A stretch of DNA of 64,000 nt from Syntrophorhabdales bacterium (GCA_035541455.1 DATKNH010000020.1:4985-68984), one strand, 5' to 3'; shown: positions 24,693 to 34,343, counted from the first letter of the stretch. Numbers and translations: made by a program. The notes: a model not told the origin generated them from the sequence alone.

Positions 24693-24729
24693 CACCCGGT
24701 CATCAGAGTGACCTCGCGGGTGCGGTTTT
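24693..24729 (+). terminator. Probable intrinsic terminator at the end of the Hdr gene string
   Basis: CACCC-GGTCA (24693-24702) pairs with TGACC (24709-24713) and GGGTG (24718-24722) across a 4-nt bulge, followed by cggTTTTaaat. Confidence 0.4.
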
Positions 24730-24802
24730 AAATGTAGTCTGCCAGAAAATTACCCATTGTTTTGTGCAGGAAAATAACCATTAAAAGTTTTTAAGATTTC
24801 GC

Positions 24803-24832
24803 TTGACATGCGGCAAAAGAGAGAATTAATAT
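24803..24832 (+). promoter_or_regulatory. Sigma-70-type promoter of the cold-shock gene
   Basis: TTGACA (24803-24808), an 18-nt spacer, then TAATAT (24827-24832). This gives a leader of about 40 nt ending in an AGGAG RBS. Confidence 0.5.
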
Positions 24833-24876
24833 GAAATAGTTGCACCATTCAACAATCAAGAAAGGAGTTTAGCAGT

Positions 24877-25080
24877 ATGCCAGCAGGTAAGGTTAAGTGG
24901 TTCAATGATTCAAAGGGGTATGGTTTTATAGAACAGGATAGTGGTGGGGACGTATTTGTGCACTACTCAGCAATCAAGCAGGATGGTTTCAAGACTCTGA
25001 AGACCGGGGAAAAGGTGGAGTTTGAGATCACCAGCGGACCAAAGGGGCCGCAGGCGGCGAACGTTAAGAAAGTCGAATAG
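24877..25080 (+). CDS. cspA: Cold-shock protein (CspA family)
   Basis: [33 protein letters not shown].., with the RNP1/RNP2 motifs. 67 aa. Confidence 0.95.
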   Translation: MPAGKVKWFNDSKGYGFIEQDSGGDVFVHYSAIKQDGFKTLKTGEKVEFEITSGPKGPQAANVKKVE

Positions 25081-25091
25081 GGCAGAGGGAT

Positions 25092-25859
25092 TCACTTCCC
25101 TTTTTTTTCCGCATCTTTTATTTCATTCCAGAGCGTGTCCATAGCCCTGGGGTTTGGATTGGACATATCTGCCTTGCTCTCCACGTAGGCAAATCTTCTG
25201 ACGAATTTGTTGTTAGTTCTGCGCAGCGCAGCTTCCGGATCGATCTGGTGAAAGCGTGAGAGATTGACTATAGTGAAGAGCAGATCCCCTATTTCTTCTT
25301 CGATAAGGTCTATATTCGCGGTCTTCTCCGCCTCTCTGATCTCTGCCATTTCTTCCACGATCTTATCGTGTACGCCTTCTACCGTCTCCCAGTCAAACCC
25401 CAGTTTGGCCGCTCTTTTGGATATCACGTAGGAGCGCAGAAGCGCGGGCAGTATTCTCGGCACACCTTCGACCGCTGAGTAATTCTCTTTTTCAGCGCGC
25501 TTTATTTCCTCCCAAAGCAGGGGAATCTGCTTGTCGTCGGACAGTTCTGATTTCTCCGAACCAAAAACATGCGGATGCCTGTTGTACATTTTTGTGTAGG
25601 CCGACACAACTACGTCTCTGATGTCAAAGTGATGCTTTTCCTTGCAGATTTGGGCGATGAAGAGGATATGGAAAAGCACGTCTCCCAGTTCCTCCTGGAG
25701 CGCCACGCGGTCCTCTTTTTCAATAGCGTCTATTACTTCGTACGCTTCCTCGAGAAGGAAGGTGCGAAAGGCTTTCTCGGTCTGCTTCTTATCCCAGGGG
25801 CAACCCTGTTCTCCCCGGAGAGAGGCCATCAAATCAACTAAGCGGTCGAATTCTTCCAT
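25092..25859 (-). CDS. mazG: Nucleoside triphosphate pyrophosphohydrolase MazG
   Basis: ..LRGEQGCPWDKKQT..LLEEAYEVIDAI..ELGDVLFHILF.. and a second MazG repeat ..EEIGDLLFTIVN.. Confidence 0.9.
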   Translation of the reverse strand: MEEFDRLVDLMASLRGEQGCPWDKKQTEKAFRTFLLEEAYEVIDAIEKEDRVALQEELGDVLFHILFIAQICKEKHHFDIRDVVVSAYTKMYNRHPHVFGSEKSELSDDKQIPLLWEEIKRAEKENYSAVEGVPRILPALLRSYVISKRAAKLGFDWETVEGVHDKIVEEMAEIREAEKTANIDLIEEEIGDLLFTIVNLSRFHQIDPEAALRRTNNKFVRRFAYVESKADMSNPNPRAMDTLWNEIKDAEKKGK

Positions 25860-27079
25860 AGCACCTCCGTCACCGCGTCAACTGTTGTGGTCATGGCAGC
25901 TTCCTGCTCCCGTATCACCTGCAAGCCTGCCTCGCCCATTGCGCGGCGCAGGTCAGGATTATTGATGAGATCCCTTATTGTTTCGAATACCTCGTTTCCG
26001 TCCTGCACCAGCCTGCCCGCGCCGGCTGAGAGAATGCGGTCGGCAATTTCCCTGAAGTTTTCAATGTGCGGGCCGAAAAGAACAGGAGCGCCAAAGAAAA
26101 GGGGCTCCAGTATATTCTGGCCTCCATAGGGCGCGAGGCTGCCTCCTACGAAGGCCACGAGGCTTCTCTGGTATATGGACATGAGATCGCCCATGGTATC
26201 CACTACAACAACGTCTGGTGCCCGCACTTTGCCTGCTTTCAACTCGGAAAACCTGCAGACGCGTAACGTCCCTGTAATTCCCTCTCTGACGGCGTTGACC
26301 AGCGCAAGGTCTCTTGGCACCAGGTAGACGGGCCGATCAGGAAATCTCTTCTTCAGCGGCTCTATCAGCGGGAGAATGACTGGTAGCTCCTTCTCCTTAA
26401 TGCTGCCGAACGTAATGATCTCCTCTGTGTGCTCTGTCTCAGGCCGATGATCGAAAAACCGGTAGTATTTTAGATTGCCCGTAGTTCTGACACGAGATCT
26501 ATCCATACCAACGGAGACGAATCTTGCGGCCTGTTCTTCTGATTGTGCGAGCACGAGATCTATGGACGAAAGCACGTGCTTGAGAAAAAAGGAGAGAGCT
26601 CGGTAGTTCTTCACCGTACGATCAGAGATTCTTCCGTTCATGATAAGCACGGGTATCCCGCGGCTATGCGCAGCCCACACAACGTTCGGCCATATTTCGG
26701 TCTCGACTAGGATGAGCGCCTTGAACGTGGAGTCATTCATGAAGCGTTTGATGACACAAGGAAGATCGAAGGGCAGGTACAGCACGCGTGCGCGGCCTGC
26801 AAGTTTCTTGTTCAGGAGGCGGTACGTGTAGTCCGTGTTCGTCGTGATGGCAAAGCTGCCAGCACCCATGCGGCTGTGCATAAAGTTGACGAAATTCTCC
26901 GCAATGACTGCTTCGCCCACAGAGGCTGCGTGGATCCAGAGCACATCGTGCATCTCCGGCGCTTTCCTCACGTACATTCTTTCAAGAAGGGTTTTTCTGA
27001 TCTTTTTCTTCGCTAAGGCGAGAACAACAAAGAAGGGGAAAGTGCAGTATACGCCGACGTTGTAAGCTAACTTCCACAT
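25838..27079 (-). CDS. waaA: 3-deoxy-D-manno-octulosonic acid (Kdo) transferase
   Basis: ..VLWIHAASVGEAV.., 413 aa, located in the lipid A/LPS operon. Confidence 0.9.
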   Translation of the reverse strand: MWKLAYNVGVYCTFPFFVVLALAKKKIRKTLLERMYVRKAPEMHDVLWIHAASVGEAVIAENFVNFMHSRMGAGSFAITTNTDYTYRLLNKKLAGRARVLYLPFDLPCVIKRFMNDSTFKALILVETEIWPNVVWAAHSRGIPVLIMNGRISDRTVKNYRALSFFLKHVLSSIDLVLAQSEEQAARFVSVGMDRSRVRTTGNLKYYRFFDHRPETEHTEEIITFGSIKEKELPVILPLIEPLKKRFPDRPVYLVPRDLALVNAVREGITGTLRVCRFSELKAGKVRAPDVVVVDTMGDLMSIYQRSLVAFVGGSLAPYGGQNILEPLFFGAPVLFGPHIENFREIADRILSAGAGRLVQDGNEVFETIRDLINNPDLRRAMGEAGLQVIREQEAAMTTTVDAVTEVLWKNSTA

Positions 27080-27731
27080 GCCATTTCGTCTGCTTTACGG
27101 GTGAGTTCCGTGAGGGCTCGCTCGAGTCTCAGCCGTTCACTTTCCAGGTCAGCCCTGGATGCATTCCGGTCAATGTAAACAGGCTCTCCCCACAAGAATA
27201 CAATCTTCGAAAAAGGATAAGGCAGAACGAAGCTGTCCCAGGAGTCGAAGGTTTTTTTTTACGAGCACCGTACGAGACGGGAATGATCGGTTTTTGGCTG
27301 ATCTTGGCCAGTTCAAGGAGGCCCTCCTTGATCTTTTCCTTCGGCCCCTTGGGGCCATCAGGCGTAATGGCAATGTTCCATCCTTCGCGCATGGCCGTGA
27401 TCATTTCCCGTATCGATGTGACGCCACCCTTCCTGTGTGAACCGCGCACCGTATCCAGTCCGAAAAACCGGATAACGCGGGCGATAAATTCCCCGTCCCG
27501 ATGGCGGGATATGAGCACTTTAGCCTTTACCCCCTTTACTGCAAAGGGCATGAGCAGTAGCCTGCCGTGCCAGAAACAGGCGATCATGCTGCCGGCATCT
27601 TCTCTGGCTCGTTCCATCCGCTCCCTGTTGACGTGGGTTATGCTCAGCGTGGCTCTGAGGAGCAGGAGAAAGACGTAGACCAGTGGTGGAAGCGTGTGTA
27701 CGAGGAGAAACTGCTTTGCACGTTTACGCAT
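27067..27731 (-). pseudogene. DUF374-type lysophospholipid acyltransferase-family gene, frame broken at an A9 run (T9 on + at 27252-27260)
   Basis: Frame 1 gives MRKRAKQFLL...PIIPVSYGARKKK and then nonsense. Reading 10 A instead of 9 gives ..KKTFDSWDSFVLPYPFSKIVFLWGEPVYIDRNASRADLESERLRLERALTELTRKADEMACGS*, ending at 27067 and overlapping the waaA start. 665 nt plus 1 equals 222 codons. Confidence 0.75.
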
Positions 27732-29484
27732 TTTTGGGTCTTTTCCCCATATGTATGATCTTCTTGCCATCATTCTTGAACTGCAGCTCGTAGAGTTGCT
27801 TGTACGGGCCATCGACTCCAATCAGTTCCCTGTGCGGTCCTTCCTGTACGATTGCCCCTCCCTGGAGCACGATAATGCGATCCGCACTTATGATCGTGGA
27901 CAACCGGTGAGCGATGATGATGGTGGTTCTTCCGCGCATAAGGTTTTCGAGGGCCCGCTGTACCTCTCCTTCAGATGCCGAGTCAAGGGCGCTTGTTGCT
28001 TCGTCAAGGATGAGAATGGGCGCGTCCCTGTACAGGGCTCGCGCTATTGCTATCCGCTGCTTCTGCCCGCCGGAGAGGCGCAATCCCTTCTCGCCCACAT
28101 TTGTCTCATATTTCTTGGGGAGCTTGAGAATGAAGTCGTGCGCAAATGCCGTGCGCGCTGCCTCCTCTATCCTGGCAGGGTCCTCGTGTGAACCGTGAGC
28201 GATGTTCTTCGTAATTGTGTCATTGAAGAGAATCACGTCCTGTGTCACAATGGCTATGTTCTTTCGGAGACAGTCAAGCGTCATATCCCTGATGTCAACG
28301 CCGTCAACCTTAAGGGAGCCGCCCGTCACATCGTAAAAGCGCATGATCAGATTGATCAGTGTAGTCTTACCGACCCCACTTTCTCCCACAATCGCCACAA
28401 CTTCGTTTTTGTTGATCTTGAGATTCACATTCTTCAGGATCATTTTTTCTTCATAACGAAAATAGACATTCTCGAGCTCTATGCTTCCCTCAACAGCGGC
28501 AAGCTCAACAGCAGTGCTCTTATCCTGTATTTCGGACTGCCGGTCCACTATCTCAAAGACCCGCTGCGCCGCGGCCAACCCCTGCTGGACATTGTGATTC
28601 TCCTTGTTGAGGCGCTTGATGGGCTCGTAGAGCATGAGGAGAGCAGCAGTAAAGGAGAAAAAATTGCCAGGCGTCGACTGCCCGGAAATTACCTGAGATC
28701 CTCCATACCATATGATCACGGCAACGGCTATCCCCCCGAGTGCCTCCATCACTGGCGACGAGAGAGCGCGTACCTTGTAACGCTTTACGATGATCCGGAA
28801 GAGGCTTTCATTTTCTTCCCCGAAGCGCTCTGCTTCGTAGGACTCCATGGTGAAAGCCTTGACAATGCGCTGACCCGTTATGGTCTCGTGAAGAAAGTTG
28901 GTCATCCTTGCCATTGCCTTCTGATTCTGAACGGCAATTTTGCGTAAACGCCTTCCAAAAATAACTATCGGATACGTGGCGAACGGCAGTATGACGAATG
29001 CTATGGCAGCCAGCTTCCAGTCCCGGTAAAAAACAACGAAAATGAGGCCGACTATCGTAAAGGCATCTTTGAGGATGGCCGTGAAGGAGTCGGAGACAGC
29101 GCTCTGAACAAGGCTTATGTCGTTGGTGACTCTCGATATGATCACTCCGGTCGGTGTCTTGTCGTAGAACGCAAGGGGCTGCTGCTGAAGACGCATGAAC
29201 AGCAGATTCCTGATATCGGTTATCACCTTTTGCCCCACGAAGCCCATGAGGTACGCCTGGAGGTAATCGAAAACTCCCTTTACCAGATAGAGAAGGATTA
29301 TGCCGAACGGGATGATAACAAGCATGCTGCCATTCTTCTCAAAGAATATCTTGTCAAGAACGGGCTTGACCAGGAAGGCGGTTGCTCCGTTGGTGGCAGC
29401 GGAGCCGGACATGAAGATGGCTGCCATAAGAAGCTTGCCCCAGTATGGCTTAACGAATCTCAGCAGTCGGAAATAGAGGGCCAT
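27724..29484 (-). CDS. msbA: Lipid A export ABC transporter permease/ATPase MsbA
   Basis: Six-TM N-terminal half, Walker A GESGVGKTT, signature LSGGQKQRIAIARA, Walker B ILILDEATSALD. Confidence 0.9.
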   Translation of the reverse strand: MALYFRLLRFVKPYWGKLLMAAIFMSGSAATNGATAFLVKPVLDKIFFEKNGSMLVIIPFGIILLYLVKGVFDYLQAYLMGFVGQKVITDIRNLLFMRLQQQPLAFYDKTPTGVIISRVTNDISLVQSAVSDSFTAILKDAFTIVGLIFVVFYRDWKLAAIAFVILPFATYPIVIFGRRLRKIAVQNQKAMARMTNFLHETITGQRIVKAFTMESYEAERFGEENESLFRIIVKRYKVRALSSPVMEALGGIAVAVIIWYGGSQVISGQSTPGNFFSFTAALLMLYEPIKRLNKENHNVQQGLAAAQRVFEIVDRQSEIQDKSTAVELAAVEGSIELENVYFRYEEKMILKNVNLKINKNEVVAIVGESGVGKTTLINLIMRFYDVTGGSLKVDGVDIRDMTLDCLRKNIAIVTQDVILFNDTITKNIAHGSHEDPARIEEAARTAFAHDFILKLPKKYETNVGEKGLRLSGGQKQRIAIARALYRDAPILILDEATSALDSASEGEVQRALENLMRGRTTIIIAHRLSTIISADRIIVLQGGAIVQEGPHRELIGVDGPYKQLYELQFKNDGKKIIHMGKRPKNA

Positions 29485-30631
29485 ATATTCGCTCTAGTAA
29501 GTGAAGGATGGCATCGCAGGCCATTGCGTAAGAGTCAGTGGTGCCGAGCTTTTTTCGCACTTGCTCCATGGCATCCTTTAGCTTTTTTCGTTCATTATTT
29601 AACATATACTGCGCCCTTTGCGCAATGATTTCGGGTTGGAGATCCTGCACATACTCAGGAAATACTTCCTGCCCGGCTATGAGGTTCGGAAGACTTATGT
29701 GTCCCACTTTAACCACGTGCTTGGCCACAAGGAAGGAGAACGAAGAGATTTTGTAGATGACGATTGCAGGACATCCCAGAATAGCAGCCTCCAGCGTGGC
29801 ACTGCCTGAAGCAACCAGAGCGATGTCGGAGCTTGCCAGCGCGTCTATGGATGAGCCTTCGAGCACATGCACTTCGGGGTGCTCCTGTATAAACGATTCC
29901 ATGAAACTTCGCTCGATGCTCTCAGCGATGGGAAGCAGAACCGCCATGTCCTTGAACATCATGCGTAGCCGGTCGACCACGTGAAGGAGCACTGGCATGA
30001 GCCTGGCGATTTCGTTTTGCCTGCTGCCCGGCATGATGGTGACGATCGGCTGCCTCCTTTCAACCCCGAGCTCCTGGAGGAATGTGCCCCTCTCCTTGGG
30101 ACGCAGTGTGGCCATGTAGGGATGGCCAACGTACACACAGGGGATACCTTTCTGGTCATAAAGCGCTTTTTCAAAGGGAAGGATCGATATAACGAGGTCT
30201 ATGTCTCTTTTTATCCGCGTGATCCTGCCGGACCTCCACGCCCAGACCTGAGGCGGTATGAAGTAGACGACAGGGATGGCCATCTTTTTCGCTATGCCGG
30301 CCAATCGCAGGTTGAACCCGGGAAAATCCACAAGGATAAGCAAGGACGGAGCAGCCTCGCGCAAATAGCGCCTGAGAGCGCGGTAAGCCCTCCAGATTTG
30401 TCCCAGCTTTGGTAGAACTTCGCTGAGGCCTGTTACGGAGATGTCGCGATAATCGTAAAGAATGTCTATTCCCGCCGCCTTGAGCTTCTGGCTTCCGACG
30501 GCGGACCATTCCAGAGGGAGCAGCTTGTTTATCGCGTTGACCAGATGAAGTGCGTGACTTTCACCGGAGAGCTCTCCGGTTACAATAAGCGCTTTCCGAT
30601 TAAAGGACCTTACCAGCCCTGCGGTTTGCAA
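29450..30631 (-). CDS. lpxB: Lipid-A-disaccharide synthase
   Basis: ..ALIVTGELSGESHALHLV.., about 390 aa, positioned between the oxidoreductase and msbA. The exact start is uncertain (32-nt overlap with the upstream gene). Confidence 0.85.
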   Translation of the reverse strand: MQTAGLVRSFNRKALIVTGELSGESHALHLVNAINKLLPLEWSAVGSQKLKAAGIDILYDYRDISVTGLSEVLPKLGQIWRAYRALRRYLREAAPSLLILVDFPGFNLRLAGIAKKMAIPVVYFIPPQVWAWRSGRITRIKRDIDLVISILPFEKALYDQKGIPCVYVGHPYMATLRPKERGTFLQELGVERRQPIVTIMPGSRQNEIARLMPVLLHVVDRLRMMFKDMAVLLPIAESIERSFMESFIQEHPEVHVLEGSSIDALASSDIALVASGSATLEAAILGCPAIVIYKISSFSFLVAKHVVKVGHISLPNLIAGQEVFPEYVQDLQPEIIAQRAQYMLNNERKKLKDAMEQVRKKLGTTDSYAMACDAILHLLERIYGPLFPTAEIR

Positions 30632-31547
30632 GATTCTGTTTTATCGACTCCCTGATCAGATTGGCGAGCAGGAGCGCCCTGAGGCCGTGCTCTCCTTCTA
30701 CCCGAGGCTGTCGTCTTTCTTTGACCGCCTCAATAAACTCCATTAATTCGGCTTTGACCGGGTCGATCTTTTCCGCCTGGTATTCTTCCAACCGAACCGT
30801 GCCCTTGCTTCCTCTGGCAAGAGCTGTCATACGGCCTTTGAGCAGATCGAGATCGAAGTAGCGCTCCTTCTGAAATATCTTGAACGACCGCTCTTTCTTC
30901 TTCGACGCTCTGCTGGCCGTGAGGCTCGCCACGCAGCCGCCTTCAAACTCAATGCGCGCATTAGCGACGTCGATCTTGTCTGTTACCACCGGGGTTCCCT
31001 GAGCCCGTACATCAATCACTTCACCGCGGGCTATGGAGAGAACAAGATCTATATCGTGGATCATCAGGTCCATCACGACGTCTATATCTGTGGATCTCCC
31101 AGTGAACGTGCTTATTCTCTGGGCTTCAATGAATATCGGATCCTTTATATGGCGCAGTGCTTTCAGAAAGGCAGGACTGAAACGTTCAAGGTGACCGACC
31201 TGGAGGACGAGCTTCTTTGCTCTGGCGGTTGCTATGAGCTCTTCCGCCTCCGCGGGAGTTGTTGTGATCGGCTTTTCCATGAACACGTGAACGCCCTTTT
31301 CGAGGCAATCCCTGGCGATGGCGTAGTGAGTCCTGGTGGGGGTGGCGATCAGAGCAGCGTCAATCAGAGGGAGCACCTTTTTGTAATCGCTGAAGCAGGG
31401 TGCAGAGTGCTTTCTTGAGGCCTCTTCAAGGCAATTGTGATCCGCGTCGATAAGGCCGCACAGAACAACTCCCTCCATTTCCTTCAGTTTCTCTGCGTGG
31501 ATCCTCCCCATATGCCCCACGCCGATCACGCAGATTTTTAACGGCAT
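30600..31547 (-). CDS. Gfo/Idh/MocA-family NAD(P)-dependent oxidoreductase embedded in the lpx operon
   Basis: N-terminal Rossmann fold ICVIGVGHMGRIHAEKL.. and ..EKPITTTPAEAEELI.. (the EKP motif). 315 aa. Confidence 0.85.
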   Translation of the reverse strand: MPLKICVIGVGHMGRIHAEKLKEMEGVVLCGLIDADHNCLEEASRKHSAPCFSDYKKVLPLIDAALIATPTRTHYAIARDCLEKGVHVFMEKPITTTPAEAEELIATARAKKLVLQVGHLERFSPAFLKALRHIKDPIFIEAQRISTFTGRSTDIDVVMDLMIHDIDLVLSIARGEVIDVRAQGTPVVTDKIDVANARIEFEGGCVASLTASRASKKKERSFKIFQKERYFDLDLLKGRMTALARGSKGTVRLEEYQAEKIDPVKAELMEFIEAVKERRQPRVEGEHGLRALLLANLIRESIKQNLANRRAGKVL

Positions 31548-32302
31548 ATGCCCCTCTCTGATGAACGTATGAAAGTGACGAGATCTCTGACATTATCTCC
31601 GTCCAATTCTTCTTCCACGATCTTCAACGATTTCTCAAGGGGCAATGATGACCTGAAGAGAATACGGTAGGCTCTTTTCAGTTTCACAATCTCGGCTTTG
31701 GGAATGCCCTGTCTTTCGAGGCCCACGCTGTTCAGGCCGTAGAGTCTGGCTCTGTTGCCAGCCGCCATCATGAATGGAGGTACGTCCTTCGGCACTCCCG
31801 TCAAGCCGCTTATGAAAGCGTATTTGCCTATTCTGCAGAATTGGTGGGCAGCGCTGAGACCGCTCACTATGGCGTAATCGTCTACGTGAACGTGGCCCGC
31901 GAGTGTTGCGCAATTTGCCATGATAACGTGATTGCCCACACGACAGTCGTGCGCAATGTGGGCGTACGCCATGATAAAATTGGCTGCTCCGACAATAGTC
32001 GAGCCGCTCGACTTCGAGCCCCGGTTGATTGTCACGTATTCACGTAGCGTATTCTTATCGCCTATCACGCAGGTGGTAGGTTCATCTTTATATGTTATGT
32101 CCTGGGGAGGCCCGCCTATCGCAGTGAAAGGGTGAATGGTGCAGCCCTCACCGATCTCTGTCAGTTCCTGTATGCTCACGTGGGCAATGAGCTTTGTTCC
32201 TTTACCGATCTTTACTCCGGGACCGATGATACAGTAAGGGCCCACTTCAACATCCGATTCCAGCTCTGCACTCTTGTCAATGACAGCAGTCGAATGTATC
32301 AT
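31538..32302 (-). CDS. lpxA: Acyl-ACP--UDP-N-acetylglucosamine O-acyltransferase
   Basis: MIHSTAVID..A.L...VEVGPYCIIGPGVKIG hexapeptide repeats and an LpxA C-terminal helical domain. 254 aa. Confidence 0.95.
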   Translation of the reverse strand: MIHSTAVIDKSAELESDVEVGPYCIIGPGVKIGKGTKLIAHVSIQELTEIGEGCTIHPFTAIGGPPQDITYKDEPTTCVIGDKNTLREYVTINRGSKSSGSTIVGAANFIMAYAHIAHDCRVGNHVIMANCATLAGHVHVDDYAIVSGLSAAHQFCRIGKYAFISGLTGVPKDVPPFMMAAGNRARLYGLNSVGLERQGIPKAEIVKLKRAYRILFRSSLPLEKSLKIVEEELDGDNVRDLVTFIRSSERGICR

Positions 32303-32736
32303 TTTCCTTCCTCTGCCTGCAGCGTGGCCATGATGCGTGCCTCAGCCACTTTCTTGTCATCCACGAAGGCTTCGCCGTCGAAGACCCATATCTCTTTTCT
32401 GTGCTTCACTACCTGGAGCACAAGCTTCAGCTGATCACCGGGAACCACTGGTTTCCGAAACCGGGCGTTATCGATCCCTATAAAAAAGACGTTTCCCCTG
32501 AGGTCGGGGTGCGACTTGAAGGCGAGGACCCCTGCGGCCTGAGCCATTGCCTCGATGATCAACACGCCGGGCATCACCGGATTCTTCGGGAAGTGGCCGG
32601 GGAAATAGGGTTCGTTGAACGTGACGTTCTTGACTCCGACAATGCTCTTTTCCGGTTCGTACTCGAGAATCCTGTCTACAAGCAGAAAGGGAAAACCATG
32701 CGGCAGCAGCCTGAGGATCTCATTGATCTCTATCAT
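32299..32736 (-). CDS. fabZ: 3-hydroxyacyl-ACP dehydratase FabZ
   Basis: ..LLPHGFPFLLVDRI..FNEPYFPGHFPKNPVMPGVLIIEAMAQ.. Confidence 0.95.
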   Translation of the reverse strand: MIEINEILRLLPHGFPFLLVDRILEYEPEKSIVGVKNVTFNEPYFPGHFPKNPVMPGVLIIEAMAQAAGVLAFKSHPDLRGNVFFIGIDNARFRKPVVPGDQLKLVLQVVKHRKEIWVFDGEAFVDDKKVAEARIMATLQAEEGK

Positions 32737-33773
32737 TCACGCTCCTCTTGCACCATTTTGTTCTCTAGTGCCTCTATTCTCTTGGTGAGGTCGGGTAGTT
32801 TTTTTAAGTAACCTTGCAGCCTCAGCCATTCCCGGTGAGGCATGTGAGGCGTCCCCATGATATTAGAATTTGCGGGAACGTCCTTGGTGATTCCCGTGCT
32901 GCCTCCTGCCTTTACGTTATCCCCGATCGTCACGTGATCTCTCACGCCCACCTGACCGGCGAGAATCACGTTTTTGCCCAGGGTGGAACTCCCGGCGATT
33001 CCTACTTGCGAAATTATGATCGAATTCTCACCAATCGAGACGTTATGGGCAACCTGCACGAGGTTGTCGATTTTTACCCCGCGACCGATGGTTGTCTTCC
33101 CCAGGGAGCCGCGATCGATGGTGGTATTTGCGCCCACCTCAACATCATCCTCAAGGACAAGAGTGCCGAGTTGCCGTATCTTGCGGTGTCCGGTCCCGTC
33201 CCAGGTGTAGCCGAATCCATCACTGCCCAGCACACTGCCGGCATGAATAATGACCCTCTTGCCAATGGTGACGCCGCTGTAGAGTGTCACATTGGAATAG
33301 ATGAGTGTGTCTTCGCCTATTCGTACGCCCTCTCCCACATACGTGAAAGGATAGATGGTCACGCCGCGGTCAATCGTAGAGCCCTTGCCTACGTAAACGA
33401 AAGGCATAACAGCCGCCTCAGGGGATACCATGACGTCATCGCAAACGCAGGCAAGGGGGCTGACCCCCGGCTCCTTGTGCTTCGGCGTGTCAAACATCTC
33501 GGCGACAAAGGCGTACGCCAGCGAGGGATTGTCGACAACAATGATATTCCGGCCAGCGTCCTGGGAATCCTCTATCTGAGCCGCAACTTCTTTGCTAACG
33601 ATGACGGCGGATGCTTTGGAGTCCTTGAGGTGTCTGGCCAGGGAATGATGCGCTACGAAGGTGATCTGACCGGGCTCTGCCTCCTGGAGGCTGGCTATGC
33701 CGGAGATACCTAGATCACCGTCGCCCACAAGACGCCCATGCAATCTATCGGCGATCTCCTGCAGGCGTTTCAT
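32733..33773 (-). CDS. lpxD: UDP-3-O-acylglucosamine N-acyltransferase
   Basis: Typical LpxD N-terminal domain followed by a long hexapeptide-repeat beta-helix. 346 aa. Confidence 0.95.
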   Translation of the reverse strand: MKRLQEIADRLHGRLVGDGDLGISGIASLQEAEPGQITFVAHHSLARHLKDSKASAVIVSKEVAAQIEDSQDAGRNIIVVDNPSLAYAFVAEMFDTPKHKEPGVSPLACVCDDVMVSPEAAVMPFVYVGKGSTIDRGVTIYPFTYVGEGVRIGEDTLIYSNVTLYSGVTIGKRVIIHAGSVLGSDGFGYTWDGTGHRKIRQLGTLVLEDDVEVGANTTIDRGSLGKTTIGRGVKIDNLVQVAHNVSIGENSIIISQVGIAGSSTLGKNVILAGQVGVRDHVTIGDNVKAGGSTGITKDVPANSNIMGTPHMPHREWLRLQGYLKKLPDLTKRIEALENKMVQEERE

Positions 33774-34333
33774 TTCTTTGTTGCACCAGCTGTTGGACCA
33801 CCTTTTTTTGCGCTTTCGTTGTAGAGAGAGATGACCTTTTCGGTGATGTCACTGGAGGTGTTCCCAAAGAGTATACCTGCCTGCGTCCTCTCGAGGATAA
33901 GCGTATACTTTTCGCCGTCACCCAGGCGTTTGACTATTTCTTCAAGGTCTTTAAGGATTTTTTGTGAAGTTTCTTGATCCTTTTGACGGAGATCGTTTTC
34001 GTAGTCACCGGCCAGCCGCTGGTAATCCTTGAGCTTAGCCTGGTACTGCTTTTCCTTGTCCGCACGGGCCTCAGGGGTTATCGTGGCTGCCTGCCGCTCC
34101 AGCGCATCTTTTAACTTCTGTATCTCGTCCTGTCTCTGGTCCAATGTCTTCTTCAGTTTCTCTGCTTCATCCATCAACCCCTTCTTGGCTTCCTTACCCC
34201 TCTCCGATTCAAGCATAACCCTCTGCAGGTCAATGAAGCCGATCTTGGTGGCAGGTTGAACTGTCTGCCCAAAAGCCAAAAGTGGTAACAATATAGCCGA
34301 CAACACCACTACCATGCCAAGTAACTTTTTCAT
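33770..34333 (-). CDS. skp: OmpH/Skp periplasmic chaperone
   Basis: Signal peptide MKKLLGMVVVLSAILLPLLAFGQ, then a Lys/Glu/Gln-rich coiled coil. Located between bamA and lpxD. Confidence 0.85.
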   Translation of the reverse strand: MKKLLGMVVVLSAILLPLLAFGQTVQPATKIGFIDLQRVMLESERGKEAKKGLMDEAEKLKKTLDQRQDEIQKLKDALERQAATITPEARADKEKQYQAKLKDYQRLAGDYENDLRQKDQETSQKILKDLEEIVKRLGDGEKYTLILERTQAGILFGNTSSDITEKVISLYNESAKKGGPTAGATKK

Positions 34334-34343
34334 AACTCCTCCT

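Noticed and set aside
25086-25108. AGGGA-ttcact-TCCCT hairpin plus a T8 run between cspA and mazG, as a possible bidirectional terminator.
   Set aside because: The stem is only 5 bp. The T-run is the reverse complement of the Lys codons at the mazG C-terminus (..KKGK*). It may still assist cspA termination, but the evidence is too weak to annotate.
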